Shown piece by piece: positions 17,262-28,100 of a stretch of 56,987 bases of DNA. The notes below the pieces were generated by a model. The model had not been told where the DNA came from. It searched no databases and saw only the letters and a program-made list of their open reading frames with translations. The stretch covers positions 1-56,987 of the forward strand of contig CAYQSE010000010.1 in assembly GCA_964419905.1 (NCBI GenBank). Direction: 5' to 3'. This stretch comes from an uncultured Enterobacteriaceae bacterium. Its GTDB lineage: Bacteria > Myxococcota_A > UBA796 > GCA-2862545. A program made the translations under genes and the position numbers. Numbering within the stretch: the stretch's first letter is position 1; each line of letters starts with the position of its first letter.

Positions 17262-19706
17262 ATGCAGCAGTCCACAGGACGCGTCATGTCGGATGCGCCT
17301 CGAGGTCGCTCCGAGCGGGCCTTTCGGGCACTCGGCGCGTTCGTGGTGCGTTGGCGCATCGCGCTGCTCACGCTCGACGTGCTGCTCACCCTGGCGCTGA
17401 GCGGGGTGATCGCCAGCCGGTTGGAGGTCCACAACAGCAACGACTCGTTCCTTCCCTCGTCCGGGCCCGTCCACGAGGCGATGGAGGCCCTCCGCGCGTC
17501 GTTCGGTGACGATCAGACCTTCCTGCTCCTCGTCGAGGGGGAGGTGTTCGACCTCGACTACCTGGCGCGCCTGCGCGCGCTGCACGAGGACGTCGCGCGC
17601 ATCGATCTCGGGGAGGCGGCCGACGCCGCGCCGGCGGGCACGTCGGGCGGGGGGGACGGGTTCGACGACGTGGGCTGGGGCGATGTCGCCGGCGGCTCGG
17701 TCGTCGAGGAGGTCACCAGCCTCGTGAACGTACGCGAGATCGCGTGGACGGAGGGTGCCCTGCACGTCGGCGGGCTCCTCGACGCGTGGCCGTCGCCCGC
17801 GGAGCTACCCGCGCTGCGCGTGCGCGTGCTGGGCTCGGACGTCCCGGCGGCGCAGCTGGTCGCGGGCTCGGGTGAGATGTCGATGATGGCGGTCCGTACG
17901 GTGCCGCTCTCGCACGACGAGGTCACCGAGGTGTTTCTCGCGCTGCAGGAGGTGATCGCGCGCCACCAGGCGCCTGGCTTCCAGGTGGGCATCGGCGGTG
18001 CGTCCGCGCTGTACGCCGAGCTCGATGGCTTCACGATGCGCGACATGCTGCGGCTCGGCAGCGCGGTGGTGTTCGCGCTGATCGCGGTGATGCTCCTCCT
18101 GTTCCGCAGCCCGGCGCGCGTGTTCGGCCCGCTCACCGCGGTGGCCCACGCGGGCGTGTGGACCCTCGGCCTGATGGCCGTGCTCGGCATCCCGCTCACC
18201 CTGGTCACGCTGATCTTGTGGCCGATGCTGCTGTGCGTCGGGGTCGGCGCGGCGATCCATGTTCAGGAGGTGTTCCTGGACGCGCGCGCCGAGGGGCTGG
18301 ACCGGGACGAGGCGGTGCGCCGCGCGCTCGGGCTCGCGGGGGTTCCGGTCGCGCTGACCGCGGCCACCACCGCGGCGGGCCTGCTGAGCTTCACGCTCGC
18401 AGACATCCCGCCGGTCCGCGAGCTCGGTCTGCTCGGCGCGTTCGGCGTCGGCGCCACCTTCGTGCAGACGGTGACCTGGGTGCCGGCGTTCCTGGCGCTC
18501 GATCGTGCCCGCCCGGATGCACGGACGTCGCGCGGGCTGGCGATCGGTGAGGTCTTCGTCGGATGGTGCAACGCCGCCTCTCGTGGCGTCGTCGGGCGCA
18601 GGCGGACGCTGTGGGCCACCGCCGCGGTGGTGCTCCTGGGTCTGCTGTTCGCGTCGCAGGTGGAGGTCGCGCACGACACGTTGTCGTTCCTGCCGCGCAC
18701 GCACGCGGTCCGGGCGACCTTCGACCGGATCGACACCGAGATCGGCGGCACGAACACGGTCTCGATCCTCGTCGAGGCCGACGACGTGCGGCGACAGGAG
18801 GTCTTCCAAGCGCTTCAGCAGGTCGAGGACACGCTGAAGGACTTCCGGGATCCGTCCGGCGCGCGCGTCGTGACGAGCACCGACGGGATCGGCGCGATGG
18901 TGCGCGAGGGGTGGCGCGCGCTGCACGAGAGCGATCCGGCCTTCTACGCGCTGCCGGACACCGGCCGCGGTCTGAAGGAGACGCTGCTCTTCCTCGAGAC
19001 AGGCGATCCGGCCACGCTGGGGCGCGCGCTGACGCCGGACGGCCGACAGGCCCTGGTCACGGCGAGGATGCGCTGGCGTGACTCGAACGTCTACCACGAG
19101 CTGCTGAGCGAGATCCCGGAGCGCTTCGAGGCGGCCCCCGACGTCCGCGTGCGCGCGACCGGCTCGGTCGTGAACCACCTCGCGGTCGAGCACAAGCTCT
19201 CCTCGGGGTTCTTCCGCAGCTTCGGCGGTGCGCTGCTCGTGATCACCGTGTTCATGGTGCTGATGCTCCGCGATCTCCGCCTCGGCCTGATCGCGATGCT
19301 GCCCAACCTCGCACCGATCGTCATGGTGCTGGGCCTGATGGGGCTCGTGGGTGCGCGGATCGATGTGCAGAACGTGCTCATCTCTTCGCTGGTCATCGGG
19401 GTCGCGGTGGACGACACGATTCACTTCCTGCATCACTTCAAGCGCCTGCATCGGCAGACCGGCGACGTCGAGGCGGCGATCGCCGGTGCACTTCACCACG
19501 CGGGCCGAGCGATCGTGGCGACGACGATCGTGCTCGGCGTCGGCTTCGCGGCGTTCCTGGCGAGCAGCATGCCCACGGTGCGCCTGTTCGGCGTCCTGGT
19601 CACCGCGGCGGTGTGCTTCGCGCTGATCGCCGACCTGCTGTTCGCCCCGGCGCTGCTGCGTCTCGTCTACCGCCGTGTGGAGGCGGGCGTCCCCCATTCG
19701 CCTTGA
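17262..19706 (+). CDS. MMPL/RND superfamily transporter
   Basis: Two 6-TM bundles (aa ~240-400 and ~640-800), each followed by a large periplasmic domain, as in MMPL/HpnN-like exporters. Alternative start ATG 17286. Confidence 0.85.
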   Translation: MQQSTGRVMSDAPRGRSERAFRALGAFVVRWRIALLTLDVLLTLALSGVIASRLEVHNSNDSFLPSSGPVHEAMEALRASFGDDQTFLLLVEGEVFDLDYLARLRALHEDVARIDLGEAADAAPAGTSGGGDGFDDVGWGDVAGGSVVEEVTSLVNVREIAWTEGALHVGGLLDAWPSPAELPALRVRVLGSDVPAAQLVAGSGEMSMMAVRTVPLSHDEVTEVFLALQEVIARHQAPGFQVGIGGASALYAELDGFTMRDMLRLGSAVVFALIAVMLLLFRSPARVFGPLTAVAHAGVWTLGLMAVLGIPLTLVTLILWPMLLCVGVGAAIHVQEVFLDARAEGLDRDEAVRRALGLAGVPVALTAATTAAGLLSFTLADIPPVRELGLLGAFGVGATFVQTVTWVPAFLALDRARPDARTSRGLAIGEVFVGWCNAASRGVVGRRRTLWATAAVVLLGLLFASQVEVAHDTLSFLPRTHAVRATFDRIDTEIGGTNTVSILVEADDVRRQEVFQALQQVEDTLKDFRDPSGARVVTSTDGIGAMVREGWRALHESDPAFYALPDTGRGLKETLLFLETGDPATLGRALTPDGRQALVTARMRWRDSNVYHELLSEIPERFEAAPDVRVRATGSVVNHLAVEHKLSSGFFRSFGGALLVITVFMVLMLRDLRLGLIAMLPNLAPIVMVLGLMGLVGARIDVQNVLISSLVIGVAVDDTIHFLHHFKRLHRQTGDVEAAIAGALHHAGRAIVATTIVLGVGFAAFLASSMPTVRLFGVLVTAAVCFALIADLLFAPALLRLVYRRVEAGVPHSP

Positions 19707-19767
19707 CAAACGCGGACAACGCCGTACGTGGGCGGCCCGCCCACGTTGGGTGATCTGGATGGCGTCG

Positions 19768-20733
19768 ATGAAGTCCCTGTTTCATGTCCTCACCGTGGCG
19801 CTGGCCCTCGGCGCGTGCAGCACCCCCGAGCAGATCGCGTTCGAGTCGCGTCGCGCCTCGCACGGCCTCACGCTGACCGGGAGCTGCGAGGCGGCGGAGA
19901 CGTGCGGTGGAAGCTCGGAGGGCTCGTGCTGGTGTGACGATCAGTGCGTGTCGTTCGGTGACTGCTGCACGGATGCGGCCGAGGTCTGCGGCGTCGACGA
20001 GTGCGATCCGGCTCGCGGAGACGGCTGCCCCGAGGGCGAGCGCTGCGTCGACGGCCCGCCCGCCGACTGCCAGCCCGAGGACGCGTGCGGCGCGCAGGAC
20101 GCGCGCAGCGAGGGCATGTGCATGGCGTTCTGGGGCTATGCGTGGGATGGCGAGCGCTGCGTCGGGCTGAGCGGCTGCGGGTGCGAGGGCGACGACTGCG
20201 CCGCGCTCCCGATGGAGCTCGAGGCCTGCGAGGCGGCCTACGCCACCTGTGACTGCCGCGACGCCGCCGATCCGGCGGTGCATCACGTCACCCAGGATCC
20301 GAGCGTGTGTCAGGTGATCCGCTACACCTGCGCGCCCGGGCAGGAGATGTTCAGCGACGCGTGCGGCTGCGGCTGCGTCGACCCCGAGCCGGCGCCGACC
20401 TGCGCCTCGAACGCCGACTGTGGGGAGGACGCGTTCTGCGCGTTCACCGACACCTGTGGCGAGGGGGATGGCGTCGGCGAGTGCGTCACTCGCCCCCAGG
20501 CGTGCACCCACCACTACGATCCCGTGTGCGGCTGCGACGATCGGACGTACGGCAACGCGTGCATGGCCGCCAACAGCGGCGTCAACGTGGCCGCCCCGGG
20601 CGCGTGCCCGCCCGCCGCCGACAGCTGCGAGGATCAGTGTGGCGACGCGTCGCGTGACGGCTCCTGCTACTGTGACGATTGGTGCGAGGCGTTCGGCGAC
20701 TGCTGCGCGGACATCGGCGCGTGGTGCGACTGA
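19768..20733 (+). CDS. Cys-rich secreted lipoprotein with two somatomedin-B-like modules and a Kazal-like module
   Basis: MKSLFHVLTVALALGAC lipobox. GSCWCDDQCVSFGDCCTD and GSCYCDDWCEAFGDCCAD match CxCDxxCxxxGDCCxD of SMB domains. PVCGCDDRTYGNACMA matches Kazal CG.D..TY.N.C. Confidence 0.7.
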   Translation: MKSLFHVLTVALALGACSTPEQIAFESRRASHGLTLTGSCEAAETCGGSSEGSCWCDDQCVSFGDCCTDAAEVCGVDECDPARGDGCPEGERCVDGPPADCQPEDACGAQDARSEGMCMAFWGYAWDGERCVGLSGCGCEGDDCAALPMELEACEAAYATCDCRDAADPAVHHVTQDPSVCQVIRYTCAPGQEMFSDACGCGCVDPEPAPTCASNADCGEDAFCAFTDTCGEGDGVGECVTRPQACTHHYDPVCGCDDRTYGNACMAANSGVNVAAPGACPPAADSCEDQCGDASRDGSCYCDDWCEAFGDCCADIGAWCD

Positions 20734-20745
20734 GCTGGGCGTCGC

Positions 20746-21360
20746 TCAAGCCGCCGCGGGGGCGCGTCTCGCGGCGGCGAGCCACGCCGCCGCGCCGACG
20801 ACCGGCGCGAGGGTGACGAACCACGGCGCGCGGCTCTCGGCGGCCCGCCGCCTCGCCTCGATCGCGAACACGAGGGTGAACGCGAGGAAGTCGAAGGTCA
20901 TCGCCCAGATGAAGCCTTCCTCGCGGAACGCGCGGGCGAAGTCGGCGGGATCGCCAGCGACGAGCGCCCACGCGAGGATCCCCGCAGACACGACCCCGAG
21001 CGCGACGGGCGCCCGCGGCGTGCCGGCCCACGCCGGCGCGGGCGGTCCGCTCGGCGCGGGCTCCCGGCGCAGCCAGAACCACGGCAGCAGCGCGAAGCAG
21101 CCGAGCGCGAAGCTGCCCAGCAGGAACGGCCACGCCGGGATCGGCCGCGCGCGCCAGTGATCGCGCAGCAGCAGCCCCATGAGGAGCGGCCACACCCCCA
21201 TCAGCCAGAACTCGCCGACGATGAGCGGGTTCTCGTCGCCCCAGCGACCGAGCATCAAGTCGAGCAGCCAGGCCGTCTGGTCGGGACGGGACGGCGGCGC
21301 CGGGCCGAACGCGACGACGACCAGGACGAGCCAGAGGGCGAACCACGCCGCGCGCTGCAT
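20746..21360 (-). CDS. hypothetical Trp-rich integral membrane protein
   Basis: Multiple hydrophobic helices (WFALWLVLVVVAF, LIVGEFWLMGVWPLLMGLLL, FLLGSFALGCFALLPWFWL, FIWAMTFDFLAFTLVFAI). The overlapping 20582-21388 ORF is Arg-rich noise. Confidence 0.55.
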   Translation of the reverse strand: MQRAAWFALWLVLVVVAFGPAPPSRPDQTAWLLDLMLGRWGDENPLIVGEFWLMGVWPLLMGLLLRDHWRARPIPAWPFLLGSFALGCFALLPWFWLRREPAPSGPPAPAWAGTPRAPVALGVVSAGILAWALVAGDPADFARAFREEGFIWAMTFDFLAFTLVFAIEARRRAAESRAPWFVTLAPVVGAAAWLAAARRAPAAA

Positions 21361-21481
21361 GGGGAGGACTCCGTGTGGGGCTCGTCACAGGGTATCCGGC
21401 CGCTGCCGGCGGGCCCCCCGCTGGGTGCCGTAAGCCTGGGGGGCCGGCGCCCGAAGCGCCCCTCGGCTATGCGATCCCATC

Positions 21482-23326
21482 GTGACGAATCGCGCCCTGC
21501 TGCTCCCGATCTCCCTCGCGCTGCTCGCGGCGGCATGCCACCGCGCGCACGAAGGGGCGCCCTCCGCCGTCGACGCGCGCGCACCGGTGGAGCCGCCGAT
21601 GGTCAGGCTGGCGGAGCAGGTGCGGGTGGCGGTCCCGGCGTTGCTCGAGGTGCCCGAGGACGCGCTCGCGGTTCCGGTCGCGCCGCAGCCGCCCGCGGTG
21701 CCGATCGCGGGGCAGCGGCTCGCGGACTACGAGGCGCTGCGCCCGAAGTCGGTCCTCGACCTCCAGCCGTGGCGGCGCGAGGTGTCTCCGGAGGAAGGCG
21801 TCACCCTGATCGACCTGCACCCGCGGCACCACCGCTGGCTGCTGCTCCAGGTCGGTGACCAGACCTACCACCTCGAGAACCCAGCACCCGAGACGCTGCT
21901 CGTCGACCTCGCGGCGTCGAACCCGAGTGGGCTCGCGCTGGTACACCTGGGGGATCACCGCACGATCCACTGCGCCCCGTGGAAGGGCGTGCCCACCGAG
22001 CTCGAGGCCGCGCGTGCCGATCCGCGGGCCTACGTGCCGATCTGCGAGCACCTGCTGCTGCGCAACCCGGTCCGTGGGCGGCGATCGACGCTCGAGTGGA
22101 GCGCGCAGTTCGTCCGGGACCACTTCGCGGGTGCGGAGCACCTCACCGAGCTGGTGAAGCGCACGACGGGCGGGCGCTTTCGCGTGCAGGCGGACGTCGA
22201 AGAGGTACGCGCCGCGGCGCCTGGCGCGGTCGGGCCGATCGCGGTCCGGCTGCTCGACGAGCACGCCGGTGCCTCCGTAGGGCGCGGATCGCTCGGGCTT
22301 CCGCTGGAGGAGACCGCGACGCACCTGCCCGCAGGGCGCTACCACCCCGTTCGCGAACAGCCGGGTGTGTCGGTCGCGCTGGTCTCGCCGCGCATGGTCG
22401 CGCAGCCCGACGATCCGGCCGATCGCGCGCTGCTCGGGTCGATCGACGAGCGCGAGGCCGACGCGCTCGTGGTGCTGGTCGCGCTGGACCTCGGGGCGTT
22501 CGAGCTCGACTTCGAGGTGGGCACCGAGCACCCGGGCGTCGCGTGGTCGCCCCGCGCGCCGCCCGAGCGAACGGACCGCGCGCTGCCGGGGCCCGACGGG
22601 ATCGGCGATCTGGCGCCGCTCGCGCGCACCGGCCAGGTCTCGCCGTTCCTGGCGCATCGGCTGGCGGGGACGTTCGTGGGCGGGTTCAAGCGGGACCACG
22701 CGGCGTTCCGCAGTGGGCCGCTCGTCGAGGGCTACGGCGCGAGCCACTACGGGGTGATCCAGGACGGGGTGATCCACTCGAAGCTGCAGCCAGGGCTGTC
22801 CACCCTCGTGGTGTGGGACGACGGTGAGGTCGACGTGCTCACCTGGGCGGCTGCGCTCGACGCGGAGCTGGATCGGGTACGGCACGCGAGACAGAACGGC
22901 GTGCCGCTGGTGGAGCGCCGGGACGGGGTTCCGCGCGCCGGCACCTTGGTCGGCGCGTGGCGCGATGGCAACTGGGGGGGCTCGGTGCACGGCGACCTGC
23001 GCAGCCTGCGCGCCGCCGCGTGCCTCCAGCGGGGTCCGCGCGGTCCGCACCTGATCTACGGCTACTTCACCGCGGCCACCCCGCGGACGATGGCGCGCGT
23101 GCTGCTCGCGGCGGGCTGTGAGGACGCCATCCACCTCGACATGAACGCGCTCGAGCACACCTACCTGGCGCTCTACGACCACGGGGTCGACGGGCGGTGG
23201 ACCGTGCACCACCTCGACACCGGGATGGCCGTGTTGGACAAGGAGCAGAGGGGCGTGACGCTGCCGCGGTTCGTCGCGCTGGCGGACAACCGGGACTTCT
23301 TCCTGCTGCTGCGGAGGGAACCCTGA
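21482..23326 (+). CDS. hypothetical lipoprotein
   Basis: GTG start. LLLPISLALLAAAC lipobox. No known domain recognised. The stop overlaps the next gene start (TGATG). Confidence 0.65.
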   Translation: MTNRALLLPISLALLAAACHRAHEGAPSAVDARAPVEPPMVRLAEQVRVAVPALLEVPEDALAVPVAPQPPAVPIAGQRLADYEALRPKSVLDLQPWRREVSPEEGVTLIDLHPRHHRWLLLQVGDQTYHLENPAPETLLVDLAASNPSGLALVHLGDHRTIHCAPWKGVPTELEAARADPRAYVPICEHLLLRNPVRGRRSTLEWSAQFVRDHFAGAEHLTELVKRTTGGRFRVQADVEEVRAAAPGAVGPIAVRLLDEHAGASVGRGSLGLPLEETATHLPAGRYHPVREQPGVSVALVSPRMVAQPDDPADRALLGSIDEREADALVVLVALDLGAFELDFEVGTEHPGVAWSPRAPPERTDRALPGPDGIGDLAPLARTGQVSPFLAHRLAGTFVGGFKRDHAAFRSGPLVEGYGASHYGVIQDGVIHSKLQPGLSTLVVWDDGEVDVLTWAAALDAELDRVRHARQNGVPLVERRDGVPRAGTLVGAWRDGNWGGSVHGDLRSLRAAACLQRGPRGPHLIYGYFTAATPRTMARVLLAAGCEDAIHLDMNALEHTYLALYDHGVDGRWTVHHLDTGMAVLDKEQRGVTLPRFVALADNRDFFLLLRREP

Positions 23327-24300
23327 TGATCTGGACCTTGCTGGCGACCGTCGCGCTCGGGCAGCCGTGGGTGGACGCCCTGGTGGAGGCGCACGGGCTC
23401 ACCGCCGAGCAGGCCGCCGCGGTGGCCGCCGTCGTTGCCGCCAGCGATCGGCTGGGTCAGGGCCTGGAGGGGCCGACGCGGTACGCGATGCCCCGCGAGG
23501 ACTGCCGCGCGCGGCGCGCCGAGGCGGGGGTCTTGGATCGCGATCCCGCGCTCGAGGCCCTCTGTGGGCGGCCCTACATGGCGCCGCTGTACGACCCGGC
23601 GACACAGCGCCCCGACGACGCCCGGGTGTGCATCGACCAGTACGAGTTCCCGGGTGCGCCGTGTGAGTACCCGGTGGTCTGGGTGCGGGCGGGCGAGGCC
23701 GCGTCGCTGTGCGAGGCGGTGGGCAAGCGACTCTGCGACGCGCACGAGTGGGAGGGTGCGTGCGCTGGCGCGCTGCGGGAGCCCGACTATCGCTACGCGC
23801 TCGCGGCCGGCCGGTCGCCGAGTGACGCGGTGCGCGCGATGCGCGCGGCGCACAACGCCGCTGAGGGTCCCACCCGGTCGTGGGCGTACGGGCCGGCCTA
23901 CCAGAAGGGCGTGTGCGCCGCGGCGAGCTTCAAGGCGGACGCGTGCGACGGGAGCGATGCGCGGCGGTGCGGCAGCAACACCTATCCGACCGGTGCGTTC
24001 CCCGGCTGCGTGAGCGCGCTCGGGGTGTACGACCAGCACGGCAACGCCGCCGAGCACATGAACCTGCCGCTGACGCCCGAGCAGCGCGCGAGCCACCCGA
24101 GCGGCGCGCTCGGCGTCACCGAGATGAAGGGGAGCTGGTTCATCTGGGACACCTTCCAGGCGCACGAGGACTGGTGCAGGTGGCGCGCTCCGTTCTGGCA
24201 CGGTGGGCTCGTGCGCGCCCCGGACAGCCACCGCAACTACCACCTCGGCTTCCGCTGCTGCGCGGACCTCCCCACCGTCGACGAGACGTGCGCGCCGTGA
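23326..24300 (+). CDS. formylglycine-generating enzyme (FGE/SUMF1) family domain protein
   Basis: GVYDQHGNAAEHM, GSWF and HLGFRCC, arranged as in the FGE-sulfatase fold (GNvwEW / GGSW / GFRC). N-terminal signal-like MIWTLLATVALG. Confidence 0.8.
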   Translation: MIWTLLATVALGQPWVDALVEAHGLTAEQAAAVAAVVAASDRLGQGLEGPTRYAMPREDCRARRAEAGVLDRDPALEALCGRPYMAPLYDPATQRPDDARVCIDQYEFPGAPCEYPVVWVRAGEAASLCEAVGKRLCDAHEWEGACAGALREPDYRYALAAGRSPSDAVRAMRAAHNAAEGPTRSWAYGPAYQKGVCAAASFKADACDGSDARRCGSNTYPTGAFPGCVSALGVYDQHGNAAEHMNLPLTPEQRASHPSGALGVTEMKGSWFIWDTFQAHEDWCRWRAPFWHGGLVRAPDSHRNYHLGFRCCADLPTVDETCAP

Positions 24301-24369
24301 GGCCGCTCGTTGGACACGGCGCCTGGCGTGCTTACGCTCTCGATTGAACCGCTCTCCACCGAGGACGCC

Positions 24370-25155
24370 ATGCTCCTGCTCTGGCTCGGCACCGCGTTCG
24401 CCGGACCCGCGACGTGGACGGGGAGCGCGTTCGCAGACGCGACCGCCAACCTGGACGACCGTGCTCGTCAGCGTGCGGCGGTCGCGCGCCTCGTCGACCA
24501 CGCGGTGCCGTCGTTCCTGTCGCACCTCGCGCCGGTCCGCTACGAGGCCGCCGACGCCTTGGGGACGCTACACGTCGTCGAGGTCGCGGTGCTGCCCGAC
24601 TACCTGGCGATCGGCACCGACGACGACTTCCTGCGGTTCGGGCTCGACCTCCCCGGCGCGCTCGCGGTCGCCCGCGCGTGGGGGATGGCCCTGCCGACGC
24701 CAAAGCTCGTCGACGCGATCTACGCGGCGGCGTCCGTGCGGCTCGCGCCGATCCCGCTCGCGCCCGGACCGGACATGCGCTCGATCGGCTACCTGCTCCG
24801 CCACCACGACCTGATCGGCGCGCAGGGCGCCAACGCCCCTGCGGCGGCGCTGCGCGCGGGACACAAGAAGGACGTCGTGCTCACGCGGAAGCTCGTCGAG
24901 CAGCCCGACCGGGTCGCGATCTACGGGTGGCACGTCGACGAGTCCGCGCCGATCCAGCCGCTCTCGCTGTGGCACGGCGCGGGCTATGCCGACTACAGCC
25001 ACGGGGTTCGGCTCGTAGACCCGATCGTCCGCGTGGACGGCGCGGTGTTCAGCTTGTTCGACCTGCTCGCGGACCCGTCGCTCGCGCCGCTGGTCAGCGA
25101 CGAGGGGCCCATCCCCGAGGCGCGGGCGCTGATCGAGGGCTGCGAGACCCCGTAG
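24370..25155 (+). CDS. hypothetical secreted protein
   Basis: MLLLWLGTAFAGPATW signal. GAGGA RBS. Convergent with the operon terminal gene. Confidence 0.5.
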   Translation: MLLLWLGTAFAGPATWTGSAFADATANLDDRARQRAAVARLVDHAVPSFLSHLAPVRYEAADALGTLHVVEVAVLPDYLAIGTDDDFLRFGLDLPGALAVARAWGMALPTPKLVDAIYAAASVRLAPIPLAPGPDMRSIGYLLRHHDLIGAQGANAPAAALRAGHKKDVVLTRKLVEQPDRVAIYGWHVDESAPIQPLSLWHGAGYADYSHGVRLVDPIVRVDGAVFSLFDLLADPSLAPLVSDEGPIPEARALIEGCETP

Positions 25156-25188
25156 GGCAGCGGCCAGGGCACGTTGCCGTCGCGCGCC

Positions 25189-28100
25189 TCACTTCTGGCG
25201 GTACACGATCGCGTTCGCGATCTTCGCGGCGTCGTCCTGGCCCACGCGGCGCGCGGCGAGGTCCTCGTACAGCGCGTCGGACTCGCGCCTTCGCCGCACG
25301 CCGTCGTAGAAGTCGAGCGCCTGGAGCGTCCAGGCGCGGAGGCGATCCCAGCGGCTCGCCTCGGCGGTCGTGTGCAGTCCGCGCTCGCGCAGCGCGAGCA
25401 GCCCGCGCAGGCGGGTGACAGTGCGGGCCACCTCGGCGTCGAGCCCGGCGGTCTGCAGTCGACCGCTGTCGAGCGCGTCCTGGAGAGCCTGGACGGCGAT
25501 GCGCGTGTCGGCGACGCCATAGTTCGGATGTGCCGCGAGGGCGCGGACCCGATCGCGCAGCGTGTCGGGATCTACCGCGAGCAGGTCGGTGGTCAGCGTG
25601 AGGATGCGCTGCAGCGACAGCCAGCGGTACACGTAGTCGAGCCCGGTGCCCTTGATGTTGCAGCTGCCGAGGATGCGGAGATCGGCGCCCGGGGGGGCGA
25701 TCATCACGATGTTGTGCAGCACCTGGTCGCCGGTGAGCGCCGAGTTCGACAGCGGGCGCGCGCGGGCCTCCATCAGCGTGAGGAAGCCCTCGATGACGTG
25801 GCTCGCGTCCCAGGTCTCCTTGCGCGCGAGGTGATGCAGCCAGCCGGTCACCCGCAGCCACTGCTCGACGACCTGCGCCTTGGTGCGCCCGTCCTGCGCG
25901 GTGTCGCGCGCGTGGTGTCGCACGAGGGCTGCGGGTGCGGGGTTGTCGGTGTAGTAGGCCGCGATCCACCGGTCGACATCCGCGGGCTCGGCGCCGAACG
26001 CGATGCAGAGCGCGCGCGCTGGCTCGGGCGCTAGGGGCTGCCTTCGCAGGCGGCGGCCGATCTCGGCGATCAGGCGGGGCTTGTCGCTCGCCAGATCCTG
26101 CATCCGGTCGCGCAGATCGGTGTGCAGGAAGGTCACGTACGCCTGGTGGAACGGGATCACGTTCGTGCCGATCGTGACCAGCGCGTCGGCGGACACGTCG
26201 AGCGCTGCGATGCGCGCGAACACGCCCTGCCGCGCGAGCCGGTCGGCGCGGTTGTTCACGACCGTGATCGTGAACTGCCCGAGCCCTGCGTCCTCGGGCT
26301 GCTCGTCGAAGCCCATCCGCGCCCAGTTGGAGAGGAAGCCGGCGCGCTCGTTCGCGGACATGCCGTTCACGAAGCTGACGATGCGCCCGTCGTAGGGCAC
26401 CGGGCCATACTCCTTGAGCACGCCGAGGTCGGGCACGACGTGATCCGCCATCGCGCGCAGCGCGACATCGCGCTCGATGCCGAGCGCGCGGGCCATGCGC
26501 ACGACGAGCGCGATGTTGCGTGGGTGCTCGTTGTACGGGAACCGGGCGAGCAGGTCGCGCGGCAGCAGCAGCCACTCCTCGGGCGGCACCATCGTCAGGT
26601 CGCTGCCACGGCGCAGCGCCTGCTCGCGCAGGATGGGCGTCATGTGCTGCTCTGAGGTCAGCACCGTGCCGCCATACGGGATGAACCGCGAGATCACCTC
26701 GGCGACGTCGAGGCCCGACGGGCCCTGGATGTCCTCGTGGTCGGGGTAGGTGTTCGTGATCGTCGTCAGGTCGTCGCGTACCCAGTCCTGCTGAAGGATC
26801 TCGACGTACTGCGGGTTGAGCGCCATGCACTCCCACAGCAGCACCTGGGGACGCAGGTGGTAGGCGAGGCGCAGGACGTTGCGCTGCTCGAAGATCGTCG
26901 CCTTGTCGTAGGGGCGGTACAGGAAGATCTCGGTCGGCTCCCGACCCGGGATGCTGCTGACGACCATCGCCTCGCAGCCGGTGGTCTTCGAGAGCACCGA
27001 GTAGCCGAGCCCGTGGAAGATCGCGGCCTTGAGCCGCTCGGTGCCGGACTTGCCGCGCGAGCCCCACCCGCCGACGACGAGCGGGATCCCGTTGCGCCAC
27101 CGGGACTCGTTCGCGCGGCGGCCGACGCTGCGCCCGATCCAGTAGGCCATCATCGCCGCGCTCACCGCCGCGAGCTGGGGCACGGTGTTCGCGTCGAGCG
27201 CGAGCACCCGGTTGAACACGTCGTCGGCCATCACCAGGGGGAGGGTCGCGAGCTTCGTGCGGTCGATCTCGAGACCGAGCGCGCGGACCTCGGCGTCCCA
27301 AGCGCGCACCGGGTCGAGATCCGCGCCGCCGAGCAACCGCAGCCGGTGGTCGGCGAGCGCCGGGTAGCTGCGATGGATCGCGGCACGCACCCGCCACGGC
27401 GCCCGCGTCGGGCGGACACGGTAGCCGGAGCGGCTGGCCTGGACGTGGATTCCGCCGGGGCGCGCCGCGGCGAGCAGCGTGGAGGGCAGCGGCAGCTCCG
27501 CGCCCCAGTCCAGCCGGGTCGGCGTGCCCTGCCGCAGCCCCGGCACCAGCGTCGGGGTGACCTCGGCGAGCCGCTCGGACATCGCGACCAGCCGTCCGCG
27601 CGGCCACCGATCGGTCAGGAACGACCACGCCTGGCGCTTGTCGGGCCGAGGGCGCGCGAGCTCGTAGCCCATCCGCCACCAGGCGAAGCGTGGCGGTGCG
27701 CCGACGTAGATGGTGTAGCCGCGACGAGGGGGCTTGTCGGGCCCGTCGTCGCCGTGCGGCTCGGCGGACAGGTCGAAGCCGTCGGCGGCTGCGACCGAGA
27801 GCACCTCGAGCAGGGCGCTCGGAGACAGCGCGCCCAGCGCGCCGCGACGGAAGCGCTCGGACGCGCCCTCGGGCGCGGTCGCGAGCCAGTGATTCAGCTC
27901 GGTCAGCGCCGCGTCCGTCGCCGGATCCGCGTGGATCTGAAGCGCTCGACGAAGCGTGGCGGCGGCGTTGGCGAGGTCCGGATCCTCGTCGTGCGTGGCC
28001 CACCGGTCGAGCGCCGTGGCCCACTCGGCGGACGCGTGGGTGGCGTCCTCGGCGAGGGTGGGCAGCCGGTCGAGCACGGCGCGGATCACCAGCGCGGCCA

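Noticed and set aside
17805-19709. 634-aa minus-strand ORF opposite the MMPL transporter
   Set aside because: Arg/His-rich, no TM or enzymatic motifs. The MMPL frame is strongly supported.
21467-23212. 581-aa minus-strand ORF opposite the lipoprotein gene
   Set aside because: Low-complexity translation. The plus-strand product has a lipobox signal and ordinary composition.
25156-25188. intrinsic terminator between convergent genes
   Set aside because: Only a short imperfect palindrome (GGCACGTTGCC) without a U-tract.
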